DNA from: Vicugna vicugna
Taxonomy: Eukaryota
Reading direction: 5' to 3'
Assembly: GCA_013265495.1 (NCBI GenBank)
Contig: MU058667.1
Span: 310,001 to 374,000, forward strand
Length of the DNA: 64,000 nucleotides
In this document: piece by piece, positions 54,901-64,000 of the stretch
Layout of the letters: each line of letters begins with the position of its first letter
How positions within the stretch are numbered: position 1 is the first letter of the stretch
Position numbers and translations under genes: made by a program
Notes under the pieces: generated by a model
Database searches by the model: none
What the model saw: only the letters and a program-made list of their open reading frames with translations
What the model was told of the DNA's origin: nothing

Positions 54901-55257
54901 TAAGTATTCAGTTAACTCAAAAAGTGGAAGAAAAATGAGGGGAGGGAACTAAGGGAAAAAAATAGCAAGATAATAGACTTAAGCCTAACCATATCAGTAA
55001 TCACATTTACTGTAAATGGTCTAAACACCTAATAAAAAGGCAGTGATTGTCACATTAAATAAAAAGACCCAACTATATACTACTTACTCAAAATCCACTT
55101 TAAATATAAAGACACTAGTTTACAATAAAATATAAAGGTATATCATACTAACACTAATTTAAAGAAAGCAGATGTACTACAGTAAGTACATTTACTAGAG
55201 AAAGTAGACTTCAGAGCTTGAGAACGTTACCAAGATTAAAATTAAGATGGCTATTTA

Positions 55258-56216
55258 AACAACCCAATTCAAAAATGGGCAGAAGACCTAAACAAGTAAT
55301 TCTCCAATGAAAGACATATGAATGGCCAATAGGCACATGAAAAAGTGCTCAATATCACTAATTATCAGAGAAATGCAAATCAAAACTACCATGAGGTATC
55401 AAGTCACACCAGGCAGAATAGCCATCATTCAAAAGTCTATGAATGATAAATGCTGGAGGGGGTCTGGAGAAAAGGGAACCCTCCTACGCTGTTGGTGGAA
55501 ATGCAGTTTGGTGCAGCCGTTGTGGAAAACGGTATGGAGATTCCTCAAAAGACTAAAAATAGACTGACCACACGACCCAACAATCCCACTCCTGGGCATA
55601 TATCCAGAGGGAACTCTAATTCTAAAAGACACCTGCACCCCAGTGTTCACAGCAGCACTATTTACAATAGCCACCACATGGAAACAACCTAAATGCCTAT
55701 CAACAGATGACTGGATAAAGAAGTTGTGGTATATTCATACAATGTAATACTACTTGGCCATAGAAAATAGAAAAATAATGCTATTTGCAGCAACATGGAT
55801 GTCCCTGGAGAATGTCATTCGAAGTGAAGGAAGCCAGAAAGAGAAAGAAATACCATATGATATCACTTATATGTGGAATCTAAAAAAAAAGACAAATGAA
55901 CTTGTTTACAAAACAGAAACAGACTCACAGACATAGAGAACAAACTTATAGTTACCAGGGGGAAGGGGGTAGGAAGGGATAAACTGGAAGTTTAAGATTT
56001 GTAGATACTAAGATATATAAAATAGATAAACAGGTTTATACTGTAAAGCACAGGGAACTGTATTCAGTATCTTGCAGTAGCTTATGGTGAAAAAGTATGA
56101 AAATGAATATGTGTATATTCAGGTATGGCTGCAGCATTGTGCTGTAAACCAAAAATTGACACAACATTGTAAACTGACTATACTTCAATTTGAAAAAAAA
56201 AAAGCCTAAAAAAAAA
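55258..56216 (+). mobile_element. Young L1 3' ~960 bp (ORF2 C-terminus, 3' UTR, poly(A)) nested in the old L1
   Basis: Track ORF 55322..55567 [26 protein letters not shown]... is the L1 ORF2p C-terminal region; TSD AAGATGGCTATTTA (55244-55257) vs AAGATGATTGTTTA (56217-56230). Confidence 0.93.
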
Positions 56217-58295
56217 AAGATGATTGTTTATAATGATAAAGGGATTAGTTTAACAAGAGGAAATTACAGCTCTAAATATGTGCATAACACCCTAAATACA
56301 TGAGAAAAGACTGACAGAACTACAAGGGACAATAACCAACCCACAAATATAGCTGAATATTTGAACACCTTCAGTAATTGTTAAAACATGTAGACAGAAA
56401 ATCAGTAAGTATTTAGAAGACTTGAAAAACACCATAAACCACCTTACTTGACCTTAACAGAGCACTCTACCCAACAGAAGCACCGTACACATTATTTTCA
56501 TGTGCATTTGGAACATTTCCAATGGAGAACATATTCTGGGACATAAAGCAAGTCACAGTAAATAAAGGATTGAAACCATACAAAGCACATTTTTTGGCAA
56601 AAAAAAAAATTAGAAATCAGTGAGAGAGACTGGAAAATCCCCGAGGATTTGGAGACTAAACAACATATTTCTAATGAAAAAATAATAATAAATTAGAAGT
56701 ATATTGACCTAAAAGAGAATGAAAACACTATATTAAATTTACTAGATTTCTTGAGGACAATTTATAGCAGTAGTTGCCTATAATAGAAGGAAATTCTCAA
56801 ATCAGTGATTTAAACTTCTATCTTAAGAAATCAGAAAAAAGAGCAAATTACATCCAAAGGAAGTAGAAAAAAAGGAAGCAATTAGGGTAAGATTAGAAAT
56901 CACTGAAATAAAAATAGGAAAAAAAGTGAAAAATTAATGAAACCAAAAGCTGGTTCCTTGAGAAAAGTCAATAAAATTGATAAACCTCTAGCCAAACAGA
57001 TGGGCAAAAAGTGGACAAGACTTATCAGGAATTAGAGGTGCCATCACTATAAGATTCTTCAAAAATTAAAAGTATAATCACTATTATAAATAATTTTATG
57101 CCAATAAACTTGACAATTTAGATGAAATGGACAAATTCCTCAAAAGATATAAACTAACAAAGCTCATGTAAAAAGAACTAATTTGAAGAGCACTGTATCT
57201 ATTAAAGAAATGGAATTTTTAGTTGAAAGCTTTCCCATAGACAAAACTCTAGGACCAGCTGAGTTCACTGGTGAGTTCTACCAAACATCTAACGAAGGTG
57301 TGATACCAATTCTATACACACTTTCAGAAAATTAAAGAGGGAAATTTTCCCATCTAAGTCTACGAGGCTAGCATTTTCCTGATACCAAAACCAGGCGAGG
57401 AAGTTACAAGAAAACTAAAGCCCAAATCGCTCCTAAATACAGAGACAAAAATTCTTAAAACACTAGCAAAGTGAACTTAATATGTAAAAAGGATGACATG
57501 ACCAAGTAGGGTGTATCAAAGGAATTCAATGGGCTTCACAATGGGAAATCAATGTAATTCATCATATTAACCCACTAAAAAAGAAAAAAACAAACCATAT
57601 GATCATATCAATTGAACCAGGAAAAACATTTAACAGTATCTAACCATCCATTTTTCATAACTCAGCAAACTCAGAATAGAGTATTTTTTCAAAGTAGGAA
57701 TAGAAAGGAATTTTCTAATAAAGAACATCTATTAAAAAAAACCCACAGCTAACATCATGCTTAATTGTGAATGACTCAACATTCTCCCTCTAATATCAAC
57801 AAGGCATGAATGTCTGCTCTTATTCTATTCAGCATTGTACAGCCATTGCAGTAAGACATTAAAAAGAAAGAAAACCATTCAAATTGAAAAACAGTAAATA
57901 ATGCTGTCTAGAATGGCAGACAGCAGGCTTGTTGATGTAGAAAATCCCATGAAATCTCCAAAAAGTAAGCTTATTACAATTGATAAATGAGCTTTGCAAG
58001 CCATTTCTAAAATGTATATAAAAATGCAAAATGTATACAATGGCCAAAGCTACTTTGAAAAAGAACCAAGTTAAGAGGCTTACATGATCTAATTTTAAGA
58101 CTTATTAGAAAGCTACCATTAGCAAGACGTTCTAGTATTGGTATAAAGATAGACAAATAGATCGATCGAATATATTACAGAGTTCAGAAATCAAGCGAGA
58201 CATACTCAGTTAACTGATTTTTTTGGCATAGATGCCACAGGAGTTTGGTAGGGAAAGGATAATCTTTTCAACAAATGTGCTGGAACAATTAGCTA

Positions 58296-58595
58296 TTGAT
58301 GATTGGATAAAGAAGGTGTGATGTATGTATACGATGGAATACTACTCAGCCATAAAAAAGAGTAAAATGCCATTTGCAGCAACATGGATGGACCTGGAGA
58401 TGATCATTCTAAATGAAGTAAGCCCGGAAAAAAAAATGCCATATGGTATCACTTATATTGGGATCAAAAAAAAAAAGGCCACTAATGAACTTATCTACAA
58501 AACAGAAATAGATTCAGAGACAAAGAGAACAAACTTATGGTTACCAGTGGGTAAAAGGAGTGGGAAGGGATAAACTGGGAATTCGAAAATTGCAC
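58296..58595 (+). mobile_element. Young-type L1 ORF2-end/3' UTR fragment
   Basis: Track ORF 58325..58573 YTMEYYSAIKK...MPFAATWMDLE. Confidence 0.85.
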
Positions 58596-58798
58596 CTCTT
58601 GGGAAGTGATGGAAATGTTAGCTCTCTTGATTGTGGTAGTGGTTTCATGGATGTATACACCTATCAAAATTCATCAAATTGTACATTTGAAATGTGTAGT
58701 TTACTGTACAGGAACCATACCACAATGAAGGTGTTAAAAAATAAAATAATTTTTGTAATAAAGGTCAGTAATCTTAAAAACTTAAGTCATATCATACA

Positions 58799-59019
58799 CA
58801 GTTGACCCTTGAACAGTGTGGGGGTTAGGTGCACTGATCCCTCTGTGCTGTTGAAAATCTGTGTATAACTTCACAGTTGGCCCCATATTCATGGTTCTGC
58901 ATCCATAGATTCAACCAGCCACAGATCATGTAGTACTGCAGTACATATTTATTGAAAATAATCCAACTGCACAGGTGCAACTGTGCAAGTTCAAACCCAT
59001 GTTGTTCGTGGGCCAAGTG
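58799..59019. mobile_element. Tigger1-derived MITE (Tigger1a_Art/MER8-like)
   Basis: TIRs cagttgacccttgaaca ... tgttcgtgggccaagtg; ttgaaaatctgtgtataact; gttcaaacccatgttgttc. Confidence 0.85.
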
Positions 59020-59323
59020 TCTTAAGCTTTCAATCAAACTGTATCATAGATCTAAATGAAAACTAAAACTATAAAACTTCTAGAAGAAGAAATAGAAAAT
59101 ATCCATGACCTTAGGTTAGGCAAATATTTCTTAGATAAGACCAGATTATAGTCCATAAAAGATAAATGTGATAAACTGGAGTTCATCAAAATACAAAACG
59201 CTGGCTCTTCAAAAGACACTAAGAGAATGAAAAGATAACCCACATTGGGAGAAAATACTTGCAAATTGCAAACCTGATAAAGGGCTTTATCTACAATATA
59301 TAAAGAACCCTTGAAACTCAATA

Positions 59324-61004
59324 GAGAGGTTGGCTTCTGGCATGACAGCATTAGCAGCTTTGCTGACTTGCTTTCTAGTGAAACATGAAAATTATTTTTA
59401 AAAACACAATCATTTAAAACCTCTGGAAATGGTCCTAAGGACAAAACAGCAAATGAAGACACGTTTCTTCAAGAAAATCTGAAAAGTCAACAGGAAAGGC
59501 GAATTTTACTTCGAGTAAAGGAGGCGAATCTTTCAGTAAGAAAGTCTGTGTTATCTGGGCCAGGACGGCTCCCCCCTTCCCTCTCCCAGCCCAGCAAGGT
59601 GGAGATCCCCTCCAGACTGCTGAAGCCACGAATGCAGGGCTCCCTCTCCCCCAGCTCCCAGCCAGGCTTTCTTCCAGAAGCAGCAGGACTTCAGCAGTTC
59701 TCATCCTGCCCCCAGCTGCCTGTCACTGAGGCTAAGTCCCAGGCAAATGTAACTTAGAAGTCAGTGCTCCCTTCTATCCAGTCCCTACTCATGGAATGAC
59801 GGTTCCGCCTTCAGTGCAACATGCCAAGATTACCAGGGTCCTGGCTGCATTTCCCGCATCTTGTGAGGTGGTGGTTCCGTGCTATGAAAGGCAAGCCCAG
59901 AGGATCTCAGGCTACTGCTCCTCCCCACCCCCACTGAGCACTCAGCTCCTAGAGTGGAAGTGTCATTCCAAGGGAAGCTTGCCACTGTTGCCACTCCAGC
60001 TTCAGGGTCAGGGAAAGCTGGAATGGAGGCCTGTCAGTATCACTGTCATCCCAGGGTCACTGGGCATCTCAAAGCTGCACCTCCCTGAGGAGGAACATAA
60101 GAGGCTTAACACTGTTGGGGAGAAACAGACTTTACTAAAATAATTCAGCTAGTCATTAAACAAATAAGATAAGCCCAGGAAAAGGGGTGGGGTCCGTTAC
60201 CTAGAATGCCTACAATATCTAGAATGTCCAGTTCCCAATAATTTATTAGGCATGCAAAGAAACAGGAAAGTATGACCCATACACCAGAAAAAACCAAAAA
60301 CAGGCAACAGGAACTGTAATCAGATGTCAGATTTAGTAGGAAAACATATCGCAGTAGCCATTAAAAATATGTTCACTGTAAAGGAAATCTTGCTTAAAAG
60401 AAGCAAAGGAGGGTATGATGACAATGTTGCATCAGATAGAGAACATAATAAAGAGTTTTTTTTTAAAAGGACCAAATGGAAATTCTGGAATTGAAAAGAA
60501 TAACTGAAATTTAAAATCCACTGGAGAAACTCAACAATAGATTTGACCTGGCAGAAGATTACTGAATTTCAAAAGAGACTAATAAAGATTTTGCAAGACA
60601 AATGACAGAAAGAAAAAAAAAAAAACAGAAAACCAACAGAACCTCCAAGAGGGATGGAGCCCCTTTCAGTGCACGGATACGTGCATAAGAGGAGTACCGG
60701 AAGGAGAAGAGAGAGAAGAAATATTTGAGAAAATAATGGCCCAAAACTTCCCAAATTTATTGAAAAACTATGAACTTCCTAGATGTGTAGGTTAATGAAC
60801 TCCAAGTTAAATAAACCAAAGAAATCCACAGACACATCATAGTAAAAATGTTGAAAATCAAAGACAAAGGAAAATAAAAACCTCAAAAGCAGCAAGAGAA
60901 AAATGACACATCATTTACAAGGGAACCCCAAAAAGATAAACTGACTTCTCAGCAGAAACAATCGGATGCTATAAGGCAGTGGGATAACATATTCAAAGCA
61001 CTCA
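59324..61004 (+). mobile_element. L1/HAL1-like 5' region plus partial ORF1 nested in the old L1 ORF2
   Basis: ORF1-type motifs (aaatatttgagaaaataatggcccaaaacttcccaaattt, tgacttctcagcagaaacaat); flanked by AAACTCAATA/AAACTCAGTA. Confidence 0.75.
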
Positions 61005-61539
61005 AAACTCAGTAATAAACAATCTGATTTTTAAAATGGGCAAAAGCTTTGGATACATGGATGGCAACTAAGCACATGAAAAGATGCTCAAAATTCTTGC
61101 AAATTAAGACCAGAATGAGATAGCACTCATTGGCTCTAATTAAAATGACTGGTTATGCTAAGGATGTATGCTAAGGATGGCAAGGAGCTGGAACAACTTG
61201 AATGCTCATATACACCTAGAAGAAATTAAAATGGACAAACTTATTTGGAAAAGAAATCTGGTGTTTTCTTAAAAAGTTGAACATAACAGTGGCATTTGAC
61301 TCAGGCATTTCAATCATTGGTATTTATCCAAGAGAAATGAAATTGTATATCCTTACTAGAGACTTGTATATGAATGTTCATACCAGCTTTATGTGTAATA
61401 GCCAAAAAGTAGATATAAACTAAGTGCCTTTCAAGAGGTGACTGGATAAATGAATTTTAGCATTTCCATACAATAAAATACTATGCAGTAATAAAGAACC
61501 AGTGATACATGCAACATGTTAACAAGTTTTTTAACCTTT

Positions 61540-62105
61540 CTATTATGAAATATACAAAATTACATTCTCCCCTCACAAAAATTTAGTTCAGTGATATATC
61601 ACAGAACAAATAATTATATAATCACCACCAAAATCAAGAAATAGAATGTTGCCAGCACCCAAGAAGCCTATCTTGTACCCTCTTGCAGTCACAAAGCTTG
61701 CCTCCCCCACAGGTAACCAATGTTGTTTTACTGTAATGAGATTTGCCTTCATGCATTCCCAAGCATTAGAGAGTACACTGATTATATTTACATAAAGTTC
61801 AACTAAGTAATCAGGCACTATGTATTATTTTGTATCTGGTGTAGATTTATTACTGGGTGTTGCTGTAATCGGTTGCTTTTCATTTTGTACAGTATTCCTA
61901 ATATATCACGGACATGAGTTTTTCCCTGTGTCGCACTATTATAAAAAATGCCTCTGTTAACATTCCATATATGCCTCTGGGTGCCTTGCACACACTTTTC
62001 TATGGGTTATACACCTGGGAGGGGAATTACTGGGGCACAGGGTATGTTTTACCTTCAGGTTTATTTGAGGAAACTTTCCCAAAGGGCTGTTTCAGTTTAT
62101 ACTGC
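61540..62105 (-). mobile_element. Old L1ME-like 3' fragment
   Basis: ccaccaccaaaatcaagaaatagaa...ccagcaccc...ggtaacca...acagtattcc. Confidence 0.65.
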
Positions 62106-62929
62106 GGCCAAAGCTTTGTCGTCTCTCACCTAAAGCAACCCCAGATGCTTGGCTCATTCCACCGGGCTTGTCTTCCCTATGGAACCCGGCTCATAAATTT
62201 ATTTTCTTATTACTTCTCTGTTGCTTTCAAGAAGTTTCTTTGGTATGTTGTCCATTTTTGATGACTGTCTTCATTTGGAAGGTTGTTCTGAACTATCTAT
62301 CCCACCTTTACTAAGCAGAACATCTATTATTTATGGAAACATTTATTGTGTGCCTGCTGTCTACCGAACCTACTGGGTGCTAAAGGATTTTCTTCCATCT
62401 TAACAGAGTAATTCCTATAGTTACTGGGGACTGTAGACCTGAAGTATCTCAGTAGTCCTAAATGGAGGCTTTTCACTGGGGCTATATGCGAGTTCTTAAA
62501 GCCACGAGCCTCAACCCAAGGGAGTGTTCGTATAAGATATAGAAAAATAGAGGGTAGCTCTCATTACAATTTGCTCAGCCTCCTCTGGGTGCCAGGTGGC
62601 CTCCTGGGAACCACACACAGATTTCTCACACACACTAAGGCCCGCCACCAGCCTTGGTGTTGCCTGAAGCTGTTACTCAGGCTGTAACCCTAGTTGTGTA
62701 AGTTCTGGGGGCAGAATTAGCACTCACAGTGAGAGAGGCCACTGCTCCTTGCAGTGCATGTGCACGTGCACGCCGCAGGTCGTTCTGGCGTCACAGCGCC
62801 CTAAGAAGCACCATTCGAGAGGTCCACCTGAACGGTGCGAATGTAACGCACGTCCACCTGGTGTCCTGGAAGTGGGGACAACGGGGACTTCTGCGGCTCT
62901 GTGAAGGCCAAAGTGCCCTTCAAGGCTTT

Positions 62930-63200
62930 GCTTAAACGTCACATTCTCACTGAGGCCTTACCCCATCTTAGCATCTCAGACCCACATAACCATCTCTACT
63001 TTTCTTCTTTAAATCCTTACCACTAAAACCCTTCAACACGCTGGATTATTTATTTCCTAAATCTTCTGCTTCACTAGCCCTGCTTCTAGACCGTGAGCCC
63101 CGCAAGGATGGAAGGCTTTGCTTCACTCACGGATGCACCCTGAGGGCCTAAGAGTTTCTGGAACAAAGGCAGCATCTGGTAAAGGGTTACTGGATTTCTG
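62930..63200 (+). mobile_element. L2 3' fragment
   Basis: cttaaacgtcacattctcactgaggcctt...ctagaccgtgagccccgcaagg...ttcactc. Confidence 0.6.
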
Positions 63201-63887
63201 CTTATAAGTCATCAACTGAAAAAACACAGGCAGATGACGGTATTTACTCCTATACGGGTCAGGTAACCCACGTCAACTGGTTTAAGTCTTCTGGGGGCTG
63301 TTTCAGCACTGTAAGCTTGCTGTTATCCTAAGGGCTTCACTCAGATTTTTTTCAGCATTGTTTTGAATGCTTTTATAGTGACTCAACAGTTTTTTCAGTA
63401 AGACAATAAGAATAGTGGGAAGTTAGAACTGCCAAAGATAAGAAGTTAAACTCCCCCGTGTCCAAGATAAGATGGAAGATTCGTTTATCCCGGAGGCACA
63501 GGCCCCGGAGCGCCCGGAACCTTGCACGCACGGGCTTCTTGACCGGATTGGCCGCTGTCTAGTTGGACAAGCCTGGTGGTGCCAGAGCCACTCACAGACT
63601 CACGTGAGCCTCCGCTATGGCTCCTCTGGACGTCAGCAGGGCCTCCCGCCTCCAGCCCCCTGTCTCACACCACCACTGATTGCACATTTGCTTTTTCCAT
63701 CATCCCCAAAGAGGAAGGACAATTGCACGCTTCTTCGCCCTGTAATGCTACCAGACTTCTGCCTCTCTTTCTCTTAGGTCTGCTTTTCCTAATTTTGTCT
63801 GTTATGAGAACTCAGGATTTACTCCCTTAACAACAGAACATAGAGCAGCATTAATTACATTTCTCATGTGGTACATTATTACATGTA

Positions 63888-64000
63888 CTTTTTTTTTGAA
63901 GTATAGTTAGTTTACAGTGTGTCCATTTCTGGTGTTCAATTCTTCAAGTCACACATACATACATGTATTCGCTTTCATATTCTTTTTCATTATAGGTTAC
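63888..64000 (-). mobile_element. Young L1 3' end running off the window edge
   Basis: ttttttttgaagtatagttagtttaca...atttctggtgt...tttcatattctttttcattat is the reverse complement of the L1 tails at about 3480-3600 and 56100-56190. Confidence 0.88.

Larger units (their letters stand above)
53070..61515 (+). mobile_element. Ancient, near full-length degenerate L1 (5' region, ORF1, ORF2, 3' end) with nested insertions
   Basis: Colinear L1 motifs: ORF1 (gacttctcactgaaaacaat...agacagtggaacaacatcttta), ORF2 (atggtctaaaca, aaaccaaaagctggttc, gatgaaatggacaaattcct, tcttttcaacaaatg) and 3' region; many stops and frameshifts. Confidence 0.85.

Noticed and set aside
55322..55936. ORFs with L1 ORF2p-like peptides as host genes or an active L1
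   Set aside because: 5'-truncated, frameshifted retrotransposon fragment

Overview
Mammalian genomic DNA, most likely camelid (alpaca, llama or camel), inferred from three Vic-1-type tRNA-derived SINEs and young L1 3' ends; it is not prokaryotic. The window holds the 3' part of TMEM135 on the + strand. About 29.7 kb of intron is followed by nine phase-consistent coding exons (29701-45789; exons 7-15 by the human numbering I recall) and a 3' UTR with several poly(A) signals up to about 48250. After that come GC-richer unique DNA and an ancient, near full-length L1 carrying nested younger insertions (about 53070-61515). The rest is MIR, L2, MLT1 and DNA-transposon relics. Nearly all ORFs in the track are chance or repeat-derived. 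No new system is demonstrable from sequence alone. The best leads are a candidate spliced antisense unit in TMEM135 introns 8-9 encoding a 56-58 aa signal-peptide-like microprotein, a phase-compatible candidate alternative last exon in intron 6, co-oriented CTCF-like motifs, and several readable retrotransposition signatures. Repeat boundaries are approximate unless TSDs are quoted, and family names come from recognition, not a database search.
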